Shown here: positions 1 through 9,349 of the stretch, one piece after another
How positions within the stretch are numbered: the first letter of the stretch is position 1
Layout of the letters: each line of letters opens with the position of its first letter
Assembly: GCA_002354035.1 (NCBI GenBank)
Contig: DEKU01000020.1
Location: 51,205-115,204 of the forward strand
Length of the DNA: 64,000 nucleotides
From: Bacteroidales bacterium UBA2714
GTDB lineage: Bacteria; Bacteroidota; Bacteroidia; Bacteroidales; P3
Reading direction: 5' to 3'
Notes under the pieces: model-generated
Told to the model about the DNA's origin: nothing
The model's input: only the letters and a program-made list of their open reading frames with translations
Databases searched by the model: none
Position numbers and translations under genes: made by a program

Positions 1-1666
1 TCAGGGGGTTGAGAATATTGATGCTGCGGGCCGCGTCGAAATCAGGATTGTTCTCGTAGTATTCTGCTTTGGTCAGCGAGTTGTTCATGATTTCGCTGAA
101 TCCGTTGTAGGTGAGCAGGTCGCTGACTGTGTTCTGTAGCTTGTTGGGGTTGGGCTTGGTTCCAAAGCTGAGGCAACTGTTGATGCGCTCGTCTATCTGG
201 ATGTTGTTATAGCCGTATATGCGCATTATCTCTTCCACCACATCGCATTCGCGGGTCACGTCCACCTTGCACGTAGGTATCAGCAGCTTCATGCCTTCCG
301 CGTTCTCGTTCACTATCTCGATGTCGAGCGAGGTGAGGGCTGTGCGGATGGCCTCGACGGGAATGGTCTGGCCGATAAGGCTGAAGATGCGCCCATAGTT
401 AATCTCCACCTCTGCGCGGGGAATCGGGTTGGGATAGATGTCCACCACCTCCGAGGCAATGGTGGCTCCGGCCAGTTCCTGCATCAGGTATACGGCTCGT
501 TGCAGGGCCCAGCGGGTGATGTTGGGGTCGCAGCCCCGCTCGTAACGGAACGAGGCGTCCGTCTTCAACCCATGGCGCTTGCTGGTTTTGCGGATGCTGA
601 CGGGGTTGAAATAGGCACTTTCCAGAAACACGCGGGTGGTGTCAGGGGTCACACCGCTCTTCTCGCCGCCAAACACACCGGCAATGCACATCCCTTCCTC
701 CTCGTTACATATCATCAGGTCGCGGCGGTCCAGCTTGCGCTCCACCCCGTCGAGGGTGACGAAAGGCGTGTCCTGCGGCAGGGTACGCACCACCACATGG
801 TTGCCAGCAATCTTGTCGGCATTGAATGCGTGGAGGGGTTGCCCCACCTCCATCAGCACGAAGTTGGTGATGTCCACCACGTTGTTGATCGGACGGATGC
901 CCACCGTGCGCAGCTTGTTCTGTAGCCAGTCGGGCGAGTCGGCCACATGCACATTCTCCAGCGTGATGCCGGTATAGCGGGGACAGAGCTCCGGCTCCTC
1001 CACCGTGACGCTCACTCCATGCTCGCCTTTGGCGCCGGAGAGGTCCGCCACCTGTGGCCACTGGATATGTTTGTCGGCCTGGTTGCGGGTGTTGAGCACT
1101 GCCACCACGTCGCGGGCCACCCCGATATGGCTTGTGGCGTCGCTGCGGTTGGCCGTGATAGCCACCTCGAGGGTGTAATCCTCTTCAAGATGAAAATACT
1201 CTTTGGCGGGCATTCCCACAGGGGCGTCGTCGGGCAGCACCATTATGCCCGCATGGTCCGAACCCAGCTGCAGCTCGTCGGCGGCACACAGCATACCCTC
1301 GCTCACGGCTCCGCGAAGCTTGCCTTTCTTAATCTCATAAAACTCGGTGTCCGAAGTATAAATCTTGGTGCCTATCTGAGCGCATACCACCTTCTGGCCG
1401 GCGGCCACATTGGGGGCGCCACAGACAATATGCAGCGGAGTCCCGTTGCCCACATCCACCGTGGTCAGATGCAGGTGGTCGCTGTCCGGGTGAGGCTCGC
1501 AGGTCAGCACCTGGGCTATCACCACATGCTCCAGTCCGCCTTTGATGCTTTCTACTTTCTCTACGCCTTCAATCTCCAGACCACTGAAGGTGAGCAGCTC
1601 GTCAAGTTCGTTGGGGGTGAGGTCAGTGTCGACATACTCACGCAGCCATTTATAAGATATCTTCAT
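1..1666 (-). CDS. pheT: phenylalanine--tRNA ligase beta subunit (N-terminal ~555 codons; C-terminus lies off the left edge)
   Basis: Absent from the ORF track because it is open at the window edge. The reverse complement from the ATG at 1666..1664 reads MKISYKWLREYVDTDLTPNELDELLTFSGLEIEGVEKVESIKGGLEHVVIAQVLTCEPHPDSDHLHLTTVDVGNG..., a canonical PheT N-terminus and tRNA-binding domain. The plus-strand ORFs at 500..1738 are antisense artefacts. Confidence 0.85.
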   Translation of the reverse strand, partial: MKISYKWLREYVDTDLTPNELDELLTFSGLEIEGVEKVESIKGGLEHVVIAQVLTCEPHPDSDHLHLTTVDVGNGTPLHIVCGAPNVAAGQKVVCAQIGTKIYTSDTEFYEIKKGKLRGAVSEGMLCAADELQLGSDHAGIMVLPDDAPVGMPAKEYFHLEEDYTLEVAITANRSDATSHIGVARDVVAVLNTRNQADKHIQWPQVADLSGAKGEHGVSVTVEEPELCPRYTGITLENVHVADSPDWLQNKLRTVGIRPINNVVDITNFVLMEVGQPLHAFNADKIAGNHVVVRTLPQDTPFVTLDGVERKLDRRDLMICNEEEGMCIAGVFGGEKSGVTPDTTRVFLESAYFNPVSIRKTSKRHGLKTDASFRYERGCDPNITRWALQRAVYLMQELAGATIASEVVDIYPNPIPRAEVEINYGRIFSLIGQTIPVEAIRTALTSLDIEIVNENAEGMKLLIPTCKVDVTRECDVVEEIMRIYGYNNIQIDERINSCLSFGTKPNPNKLQNTVSDLLTYNGFSEIMNNSLTKAEYYENNPDFDAARSINILNPL

Positions 1667-1678
1667 CTATTGTTGTTT

Positions 1679-3112
1679 TTATTGTTTCAGTTCAAAAAGT
1701 TTATATTGCCCCGTGGCAACATCAATTTCGGAATATAGCTCCCGCGGCACGGCCACCTTCCCGTCGGTGAGCAGGTGACGCGGCAGGTCGTCGGGCGGGT
1801 TTTGCAGGTCCAAGCACGCAAGGTCGATGTGTTTCTCGCGGTAGTAGTAGGCGTAAAGGCTCCACTCCCAAGCCATCTCTCTCGGCATGCCCACCTGCTC
1901 TCCCTCGGCCAGCAATGGGGCTATCAGCCTCATATCTTCCTGCATGGCCACATCGCGCCCGGGTTTCCCATAGTGTATCGCATTCAGCGTCACGGCTCCC
2001 GCCACAGCTACTAAGGCAACAGCTGTCAGCACATGGCGCAGCCTGACACCACTTTTGTCTACCCACTCTCCCACCGTTCCCTGCACCAATGCACCTGCTC
2101 CGCAGGCCACAATCGGGTAGACCGTGAGAATGTAAAAGCCGTGCTGTTTCAGGCTGATGGCTATCGGAAGCACACCCGACAGACCCAGCAACAGGCAGAT
2201 GTAAAAGTTTCGCCAGTCCCGGCGGACGGTTCTCCATGTCTTCGTGGCCAGCCCTATGCCCGCCACCAGCAGCACCCCGGCCCACAAGGCCAGCGTCTGC
2301 TCCACAAACTTCCACACGATGGTCCATCGGTTTTCCACAATCGGAGTGTCGAGGTTGCCCAAAACCTGGTGGGTCAGGTATTGGTCGAAATAGGTGACCG
2401 CTTCTGGGAAGAGAATGCCGGTGGCAGCCAGACACACGGCAAAGGCTCCCACCGCCATTAGCGTGTCGGCCACCGCCATCAGCAGGGCATTGCCCCACCG
2501 CTTGTGGTTCCCCATGCACAGGTCCACCACCCACACAATCATGGGCAGGGCAAAGGGATAGAGACCCGTAAACCCTTTGCAGAGGAAAGCTCCATAGAGC
2601 ATCACCCCACCTAATGCGTCCCACAGCAGCCGACGGCGCGACTCGCCATGCAGAAGGCACAGCACTGCCGCCATCACATACACCGCCATCGTGCACTCCA
2701 GCATATTGTCGTGGGCGTTGCGCGACATGGCCGGCACCATCACCCACAACATCAGCGCTATCCAGCCCAAACGGCGGTCGTAGCCCATGCGCTGCCACAA
2801 CCTCACCATCAGCCAGCCCGTAAGCACAGCCGTGAACATGGTAAAAAGCCTCGTCACCCACACATGGGTGCCCAGCACCTTGTAGAAAAGGGCCAGCATC
2901 CCCATCGCCAAAGGCGGATGCTCATAGAAATCGGCATGCAGCGACGGCGAGTGCGACGGGTGCCAGAACGTGCAGACCCCCGAAGCCATATTGTCCGCCA
3001 CATTGCCATAGATCAAGCCGTCCATAAACATACCCGTGGTCAGCAGCGAACCGCTGATCAGCATCAAGAATGCCGATACCACTATGGTGTATAACAGACA
3101 GCTGTTTTTCAT
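1679..3112 (-). CDS. polytopic GT-C type glycosyltransferase (ArnT/PMT, family 39-like)
   Basis: 477 aa with many predicted TM helices. It has an early periplasmic-loop motif DFYEHPPL of the kind seen in ArnT/PMT_2 proteins and a soluble C-terminal tail. Confidence 0.55.
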   Translation of the reverse strand: MKNSCLLYTIVVSAFLMLISGSLLTTGMFMDGLIYGNVADNMASGVCTFWHPSHSPSLHADFYEHPPLAMGMLALFYKVLGTHVWVTRLFTMFTAVLTGWLMVRLWQRMGYDRRLGWIALMLWVMVPAMSRNAHDNMLECTMAVYVMAAVLCLLHGESRRRLLWDALGGVMLYGAFLCKGFTGLYPFALPMIVWVVDLCMGNHKRWGNALLMAVADTLMAVGAFAVCLAATGILFPEAVTYFDQYLTHQVLGNLDTPIVENRWTIVWKFVEQTLALWAGVLLVAGIGLATKTWRTVRRDWRNFYICLLLGLSGVLPIAISLKQHGFYILTVYPIVACGAGALVQGTVGEWVDKSGVRLRHVLTAVALVAVAGAVTLNAIHYGKPGRDVAMQEDMRLIAPLLAEGEQVGMPREMAWEWSLYAYYYREKHIDLACLDLQNPPDDLPRHLLTDGKVAVPRELYSEIDVATGQYKLFELKQ

Positions 3113-3215
3113 CTTTTCAATTGTTAGTCAGTATGCCGACGGTCGGGAGGTGCCTTTTGTCAGGCTGGCGTATGTGCCGTTGGGGCCACACCCCCGGCCG
3201 TCGGTCAGCGACACT

Positions 3216-4910
3216 TTAGGCGTTGCTGATTTTTGCCCAGGTGTCTTTCAGCGAGCAGGAACGGTTGAAAACCAAATGTTCCGGTGTGCTGTCGCGGTCT
3301 GTGCAGAAATAGCCCATGCGCTCAAACTGGAACCGCATCGGCTCTTCTATGCCGCGCTCGTTCACCACCATCTTGGCTTCGGCCAAGGAGGGTTCAAGCT
3401 TGCAGCCTTGCAGCACCTGCAGCGATGAGGGATTCAGGTTGTCGAGGAAGGTCTTGCCCTCCGGTGCCTCGTCGGGTGCCTCGGTGGCAAACAGGCGGTC
3501 GAACATCCTCACCTCGGCGTCGACAGCGTGCTGCGCGCTCACCCAGTGCAGTGTGCCCTTCACTTTGCGCCCGTCGGGTGCATCGCCGCCACGGGTGGCG
3601 GGGTCGTAGGTGCAATGGATGCAGGTGATGTTGCCCTCGGCGTCTTTCTCCACGCTCTGGGCTGTGACAAAGTAGGCATAGCGCAGCCGCACCTCGCGAC
3701 CCATGCTGAGACGGAAATACTTCTTGGGGGCTTCCTCCATAAAGTCTTCGCGCTCAATATACAGCTCGCGGCTGAAAGGCACCTCGCGGGTGCCGTCGGC
3801 CTCGTTCTCCGGGTTGTTCACCGCGGTTAGCATCTCGGTCTGCCCTTCGGGATAGTTGTCGATCACCAGCTTCACGGGGTTCAACACCGCCATGCGGCGG
3901 GGAGCCACCTTGTTCAGGTGGTCGCGCAGACTGTTCTCCAGTCGCACATAGTCAATGATATTGTCACGTTTGGCCACTCCGATGTCCTCGCAGAAGTTGC
4001 GGATGCTCTCAGGCGTGTAGCCCCGGCGGCGGAAGCCGCAGATGGTCGGCATGCGGGGGTCGTCCCATCCGCTCACGTAATGCTCCTTCACCAGCTGCAA
4101 CAGCTTGCGTTTGCTCATCACCGTATAGTTGATGTTCAGGCGCGCAAACTCGTACTGATGGCTGGGAAAAATGCCCAGCTGCTCGATAAACCAATCGTAG
4201 AGCGGGCGGTGGATGTCGAATTCAAGGGTGCAGATGCTGTGTGTGATATGCTCGATTGAGTCGCTCTGCCCGTGGGCATAGTCGTACATCGGGTAGATGC
4301 ACCATTTATCGCCCGTGCGGTGATGGTGGGCGTGGAGTATGCGGTACATGATGGGGTCGCGCAACTGCATGTTGGGATGCGCCATATCAATCTTGGCACG
4401 CAGCACCTTCTCGCCGTCGGCAAACTCGCCGTTGCGCATCCGCTCAAACAGGTCGAGGTTCTCCTCCACCGTGCGGTCGCGCCAAGGACTGTTCTTGCCC
4501 GGCTCAGTCACGGTGCCGCGTCCGGCGCGGATCTCCTCCTGCGTCTGGTCGTCGACATAGGCCAGACCCTTTTTTATCAGCACGATGGCCCATTCATACA
4601 GCTGCTCGAAATAGTCGCTGGCATAGTGCACCCCGGCCCAGTCGAACCCCAGCCAGCGGATGTCCTGCTGGATGGAGTCCACATATTCGGTGTCCTCCTT
4701 CACGGGGTTGGTGTCGTCGAAACGCAAGTTGGTCTTTCCGCCATACTTCTTGGCAAGGCCAAAGTTCAGACAGATTGACTTGGCATGTCCGATGTGCAGA
4801 TAGCCGTTCGGTTCTGGCGGGAAGCGCGTCAGGATGGATTTGTAGGTGCCTTCGTTAAGCCCCTGTTCGATGATTTCTTCCAAAAAATTCAGTGATAGAT
4901 TGTCTTCCAT
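3216..4910 (-). CDS. glnS: glutamine--tRNA ligase
   Basis: 564 aa. Class I HIGH motif in [24 protein letters not shown], a VMSKRK (KMSKS-type) loop, and full-length GlnRS-like sequence. Confidence 0.93.
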   Translation of the reverse strand: MEDNLSLNFLEEIIEQGLNEGTYKSILTRFPPEPNGYLHIGHAKSICLNFGLAKKYGGKTNLRFDDTNPVKEDTEYVDSIQQDIRWLGFDWAGVHYASDYFEQLYEWAIVLIKKGLAYVDDQTQEEIRAGRGTVTEPGKNSPWRDRTVEENLDLFERMRNGEFADGEKVLRAKIDMAHPNMQLRDPIMYRILHAHHHRTGDKWCIYPMYDYAHGQSDSIEHITHSICTLEFDIHRPLYDWFIEQLGIFPSHQYEFARLNINYTVMSKRKLLQLVKEHYVSGWDDPRMPTICGFRRRGYTPESIRNFCEDIGVAKRDNIIDYVRLENSLRDHLNKVAPRRMAVLNPVKLVIDNYPEGQTEMLTAVNNPENEADGTREVPFSRELYIEREDFMEEAPKKYFRLSMGREVRLRYAYFVTAQSVEKDAEGNITCIHCTYDPATRGGDAPDGRKVKGTLHWVSAQHAVDAEVRMFDRLFATEAPDEAPEGKTFLDNLNPSSLQVLQGCKLEPSLAEAKMVVNERGIEEPMRFQFERMGYFCTDRDSTPEHLVFNRSCSLKDTWAKISNA

Positions 4911-4969
4911 CTTTATAAATTATTCATTACCTTATAATTATTGCAATACTTGCAATCCACTTTAGCCTA

Positions 4970-4977
4970 CAAAGATA
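4970..4977 (-). promoter_or_regulatory. Bacteroidota -7 box (TATCTTTG = TAnnTTTG) upstream of glnS
   Basis: Plus strand CAAAGATA, about 60 nt upstream of the glnS ATG. Confidence 0.4.
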
Positions 4978-5259
4978 CAAAAAAAACTCTTATTATGCTT
5001 GTTTTATATCAAAAAAGAGTTTTCTTTGGGTTCAATTGTTTGAGGGTGTGGGGCTTAATGATGTTGCTGACCAAGCCCCAGCAGGCTGTCTTTGCCTGTG
5101 GATGAGGGGGTATTTAACCGCGCAGCGAAAGGAATTGCGGACAGCTGTTTGCGGTGCCTTAGTAGATGGAACGATGCACGATTAAGCTCAGACGACCAGC
5201 CCCGGAGGGTCTTCCCGGCCGGTCGAAACCCGTCGGCAGTGGGATGTCGGCCAACCGAT

Positions 5260-5330
5260 GCTCGTGTGAAGCTCGTGTGAAGCTCGTGTGAAGCTCGTGA
5301 AAAAGTCGTATGAAGGTCGTGTGAAGCTCC
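5260..5330. repeat. 11-bp tandem repeat GCTCGTGTGAA, about 6 units (the last three degenerate)
   Basis: The sequence reads gctcgtgtgaa gctcgtgtgaa gctcgtgtgaa gctcgtgaaaaa gtcgtatgaag gtcgtgtgaa in non-coding DNA. Confidence 0.8.
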
Positions 5331-5414
5331 GCTCTGTGGCCGCCAGCGCTCAGGCTGTTAGTCGTCACTTGCTCTCCATTTTGTTTGGTCTTTGCCGTTT
5401 GTTATTCAGTGTTC

Positions 5415-5462
5415 AATAGACAAAATAGAATATAAATAGAATGTAAATAGAATATAAATGAT
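5415..5462. repeat. AT-rich 11-bp phased repeat AAATAGAAT(A/G)T, 3-4 units
   Basis: aaatagaatat / aaatagaatgt / aaatagaatat / aaatga.. starting at 5423. The same AAATAGAA core is reiterated at 32872..32915. Confidence 0.8.
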
Positions 5463-5568
5463 GTGCAAGGAGCGGAGGCGGGGTGTGTGAGACTGTGAGG
5501 CGGTGTGGGTCGAGGGGGGTCGGTGCGGCGGGGGAGTGGGTCGCAGCGGGCGCCGAAGGTCGGGACAT

Positions 5569-5624
5569 GAAAAAGGGCAGAAGGTGCGGAGCTGCCGGGT
5601 GGCGGCTTGCATCTTCTGCCTTTT
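5569..5624 (-). terminator. hairpin plus U-run downstream of the OMP gene 5640..6272
   Basis: AAAAGGCAGAAG / CTTCTGCC(C)TTTT arms (one extra G in the plus-strand left arm). On the minus strand they are followed by UUUUUC. The loop is long (~29 nt). Confidence 0.5.
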
Positions 5625-5639
5625 CTGAGTATTGCTGTT

Positions 5640-6272
5640 TTAGAGTGTGTAGCCGAGACCGAGGTAGAAGGCAGTGGTTTTGATGTCCGGGCCTTCGTTG
5701 GGGTTGAGGCTGAGGATGCCCATGCTGTAGCCACCAAAGATGCGCAGGTGCTGCACATCGACGGCCAGGCCGCCGGTGCCTTGCAGATCGAGGCGTTTGT
5801 AGACGGGGTTGGCCTCATACCATAGGGCTTTGACGCTGTTGCCGTAGAGCTGTTCGGTGACGGTGCTGGTGCCCGTGATGCCGAAGCTTACCATGGGGCC
5901 AAGGAAGAGGGAGAGGGTGGCGTAGTCGCTGAGGGGGACGGAGAAGCTGGCCAGCACGGGTACGTCCACCACGATCTGCTGCTCCTCGGTTGTGGCGGGC
6001 AGGAAGGTGAGGGTGGTGGGGTATTCGCGGAGGTTGAAGCGTCCGCCCAGTCCGGCTGTCACGCCCCAGTGTTGGGACAGTTTAAGGGTGTAGTCGATAT
6101 TGAGGAATACGCCTGAGAGGTCGTGACAGACTACGGGTTTGCGTTCTATCAGGGTGTAGGCGGGCAGGTGCTGCGATGAGTAGCCGATGTGGAATCCCAG
6201 TTTCTGGGCTTGGGCTCCAACGGTCGAGAGCATCGCCACGGCCACGGCCATACAGGTGAAAAGGTGTTTCAT
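5640..6272 (-). CDS. small outer-membrane beta-barrel protein (OmpA-like 8-strand / porin-family)
   Basis: 210 aa. Signal peptide MKHLFTCMAVAVAMLSTVGAQAQ, alternating beta pattern, C-terminal ...FYLGLGYTL. Paralogue of 6334..6963 and 17478..18107. Confidence 0.75.
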   Translation of the reverse strand: MKHLFTCMAVAVAMLSTVGAQAQKLGFHIGYSSQHLPAYTLIERKPVVCHDLSGVFLNIDYTLKLSQHWGVTAGLGGRFNLREYPTTLTFLPATTEEQQIVVDVPVLASFSVPLSDYATLSLFLGPMVSFGITGTSTVTEQLYGNSVKALWYEANPVYKRLDLQGTGGLAVDVQHLRIFGGYSMGILSLNPNEGPDIKTTAFYLGLGYTL

Positions 6273-6333
6273 AATGTAGTTCTGTTGGTTTTATGTGTCG
6301 CTAAATTTCCACGCAGCAGGCGCGAGCCGTGGG

Positions 6334-6963
6334 TCAGAGGACGTAGCCCAGACCGACGAAGAGGCCTTGAGTGGTGGTTTTGATGTTGTTGATTTTGTTC
6401 AGGTCGAGGAATCCCATGCGGTAGCCGCCATAGAGACGGATGGTGCGGAACTGGAGTGAGAGACCGGCAGCACCGGAGATGTCGAAACGCTGTCTGTCGT
6501 CGCCGTCTTCGTACCAGTCCTCGTCGTCGTCGTTGCCGCTGATTTTGCCCACGATTTTGGTTTCGCCTTTGACGGCAAAGGAGAGAGCGGGACCGGCAAA
6601 GATGCCCAGGCGGATGTCGTTGCCCAGCGGGAGACCGAAGCTGAGCATTACGGGTACGTCAACCAGAAATTGGGAGTGGTTGAATTTGAGCAGGGCGTTC
6701 TCTTCGTTGCCGTAGTTGTAGCGGGCTTGCAGGCCGACGGTGAGGCCGAGGTTGGAGGTGACGGCACTGGTGTAGCTGACGCCGGCAAAGAAACCGGTCA
6801 TGTCCATGGAGGACTTGGTTTCGGAGTTCAGGATGGTGGTGACGGTGTTGAAGGTCTGCGGCGCGTAGCCGATGTTGACACTGAGGTTGCCTTTTTGAGC
6901 CTGTGTGGAACCGGCGAAGAACATTGCGACAGCCACGGCTGCGATTGTTAAAACTTTTTTCAT
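6334..6963 (-). CDS. small outer-membrane beta-barrel protein (paralogue)
   Basis: 209 aa. Signal peptide ending AGSTQAQ, terminal LFVGLGYVL, and an acidic loop GNDDDEDWYEDGDD. Confidence 0.75.
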   Translation of the reverse strand: MKKVLTIAAVAVAMFFAGSTQAQKGNLSVNIGYAPQTFNTVTTILNSETKSSMDMTGFFAGVSYTSAVTSNLGLTVGLQARYNYGNEENALLKFNHSQFLVDVPVMLSFGLPLGNDIRLGIFAGPALSFAVKGETKIVGKISGNDDDEDWYEDGDDRQRFDISGAAGLSLQFRTIRLYGGYRMGFLDLNKINNIKTTTQGLFVGLGYVL

Positions 6964-7116
6964 GATGTTTTATGTTTTTGTGATTAAACTATTAATTGTC
7001 TTTTCCGAAAAGTATTGTTGGTGGTGACTATTCCATTGGGGTAGGGGGCACTTGTTATTGGATTGTTATTTCGTTTTGTGTACTATTGGATTGCTTTTGT
7101 CGTCAAAGGGTATTGC

Positions 7117-9111
7117 TCAATAATCGGTAAGGTCTCCAATAACGGGTTCCAAGTCAAGATCGTTTGTCGTTTCATCGACTTCGTAAGCATACCGGTATTC
7201 CCAATCACTGAGTGAGACATTGTTGTTATTATTGTAGTTGTCAACATATTGCTGAAGGTGGTCTTTGAGGGTGGTGGGGCCGTTGGTGGTTTGTCCTGTG
7301 GCGTTGCGGTAGCTAAGGTATTGGATGTTGTTTTCTATGTTGCGCGAAGTGGGATTACCCGTTGCATAGAGAATGTTGTGGTAGAAACAGTGTTCTATGT
7401 GGCATTGGCTTCCCACCGATGCGCAGATGTCGGCTCGCATTGCTGCATTGTTATTAGTAGGTCCGTAGGGCTCATATTCGGGATTATATGCTTTATAGCA
7501 ATTAAAGATGTTGGAACTTCCGTCAGCTCGGCCAGCAATGCCGCCAAAGAAGAAAGCGGCGTTTTGTGCCCCGCGGTTCCCGTTGTCGAAGGAGTTGATG
7601 ATTGTGCTGTTGGCTATATGGCCGGCAATGCCACCGACGTAGTATCGGTTGCTGATTCTGTCTCCGTTGACATATATATCGGCAAAGTTGTTGCAGTTGG
7701 TCAGTAGGCTTCGGTCAAAGTTTCCGGCAGTCATTTCCCCTACAATGCCTCCTATATAGGCATGCACGGTATTGCAAGTAATCTCGCAGTCATGACTGAC
7801 GGCCTTGCATCTGTCAATTGTGGAATTCTCAGCGTGACCGCATATTAAGCCTATCATTGCGGAATAATAGGAGTCATAATCGGTGGAGGCACGGAGTGCG
7901 TTGCAATAAAGATACACTGATTTGATGATTGCGCCATTGGCGATATACCCGAAAAGGCCCACACATTCTTCGCCCTCAATGGCCGAATTGGATAGCCAAA
8001 TAGGGTATCCCTGGCCGTCATATACTCCGGTAAAGTTGTTTTTGTCGTTGCCGATGGGGTGAAGCGGGACATTTGTCTCCCAATCGTATATTTCGGTAGT
8101 TTGTACATAGTGGGCGCTGGCAAAGGGTTCGCCCAGTCCGATGGGTTCGTAGCCGCGGTTCACCAGCTGCTCCATCGCAATCAAGTTTTCAATTGAGCTT
8201 ATCTTGTAAGGGTTGGTTTCGGTGCCAAGCCCTTGGAGTGTGGTGGTGTGCGGGGCGTCAAGTTCGATGTTAAGAGGCACAAGTGTGTTGCGGGGTATGC
8301 ATCCGTTGGCGTTTGCCGCCTGACGATGTTTGAAATGATAGATGACAATGGCATCGTTTTCGGCAGCCTGTAGGTCTAAAGCATCAATTTCGATAGTAAA
8401 CTTGTTGCCGGTATAGCTGTCGGTAGGAGGCAGTACGGCATAGAGGATCACGCTTTCGTTTGGGTCGAGTTCAATGGGTTCGGTTTCTGTCATCTGAAGC
8501 ATGACAGTGCGGGTGGTATCGCCGCCAGCTGTGCGTGTAAGCGTTGGCGTGTAGCTATCGATGTCGTCAATTTGGAATGCTCCGCTTAAAGGGGCCAGAT
8601 TGTCACTTATCTTTACATTGCTGATTCGGATAGAGTGGGAGTAGTTGTTGGTCAGATTCAGTTGCATCACCATGCATGCATTCTTGAATGCGATGGTGCC
8701 AGTTTCGGTTGGCAAGTAGGCAGCCATCACTACGGGGATGTTGTCCGGGCTATAGGTGTAGGTGCTGGGCAGTAGCAGATTGGTGATTCCAGAACTGCTC
8801 ATGGTGGTTTGGGGGGTGGCTAATGTGGCGGGTGATAAAGCGGTGTAGCCGATGCTGCTTATGGAAATGTTGTCTATACGGCAATCGCTGCCGTTGATGT
8901 GAAGGGTGAAGTCCTGGTTGTTCACTCTCACTTGGTCACCGTCGGACCAGCAGGTGTACCGCTCGTTGTCGATGAATGTTTTGTAATGGGGCATTTGCTC
9001 TATTTCAACTCTGAGGGAGGTGATGTCGTAGTCTTTTTGGCATCCCAACAGGGTGAGACTGGCAAGTGCCAGCGGTATTGCGGTTAAAAGTATTTTCTTC
9101 ACGGTTCTCAT
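7117..9111 (-). CDS. GLUG-motif repeat lipoprotein (copy 1)
   Basis: 664 aa. Lipobox LTLLGC. The C-terminal half carries GLUG-like units (CVGLFGYIANGAIIKSVYL, IGGIVGEM, VGGIAGHI, FGGIAGRA). Collinear paralogue of 12262..14250. Confidence 0.75.
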   Translation of the reverse strand: MRTVKKILLTAIPLALASLTLLGCQKDYDITSLRVEIEQMPHYKTFIDNERYTCWSDGDQVRVNNQDFTLHINGSDCRIDNISISSIGYTALSPATLATPQTTMSSSGITNLLLPSTYTYSPDNIPVVMAAYLPTETGTIAFKNACMVMQLNLTNNYSHSIRISNVKISDNLAPLSGAFQIDDIDSYTPTLTRTAGGDTTRTVMLQMTETEPIELDPNESVILYAVLPPTDSYTGNKFTIEIDALDLQAAENDAIVIYHFKHRQAANANGCIPRNTLVPLNIELDAPHTTTLQGLGTETNPYKISSIENLIAMEQLVNRGYEPIGLGEPFASAHYVQTTEIYDWETNVPLHPIGNDKNNFTGVYDGQGYPIWLSNSAIEGEECVGLFGYIANGAIIKSVYLYCNALRASTDYDSYYSAMIGLICGHAENSTIDRCKAVSHDCEITCNTVHAYIGGIVGEMTAGNFDRSLLTNCNNFADIYVNGDRISNRYYVGGIAGHIANSTIINSFDNGNRGAQNAAFFFGGIAGRADGSSNIFNCYKAYNPEYEPYGPTNNNAAMRADICASVGSQCHIEHCFYHNILYATGNPTSRNIENNIQYLSYRNATGQTTNGPTTLKDHLQQYVDNYNNNNNVSLSDWEYRYAYEVDETTNDLDLEPVIGDLTDY

Positions 9112-9116
9112 ATTGC

Positions 9117-9320
9117 TTAATCTCCAAAAAAATTGTAGTCGTTGTCGCCAGGGTTGTCGAATTGTTCGTTTCTGAAATAGCCTTGGTGGGTGTTGTCTTC
9201 GAGGAAGTTAATGAACACCTCGTCAGCTTGGGTTGAATGCCTTACACTACCCAGGAATCCCTCTTCGATGGTAAAGGCTACAACTTTGATGCGTGGTGAT
9301 ATGTATTTATTCCGTTCCAT
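9117..9320 (-). CDS. conserved 67-aa leaderless acidic protein of unknown function (copy 1)
   Basis: MERNKYISPRIKVVAFTIEEGF...YFRNEQFDNPGDNDYNFFGD. It shares YI(S/T)PRI, YFRNEQF and a terminal DYNFFGD with the ORF at 14255..14455, in the same position between the protease and lipoprotein genes. Confidence 0.6.
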   Translation of the reverse strand: MERNKYISPRIKVVAFTIEEGFLGSVRHSTQADEVFINFLEDNTHQGYFRNEQFDNPGDNDYNFFGD

Positions 9321-9349
9321 TTTAATTGATTGCCATTTGTTGCAGACTG

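Noticed and set aside
5260-5462. Possible CRISPR array, suggested by the tandem repeats at 5260..5330, 5415..5462 and 32872..32915.
   Set aside because: The units are only 11 bp and directly abutting, with no spacers. There are no cas genes in the window.
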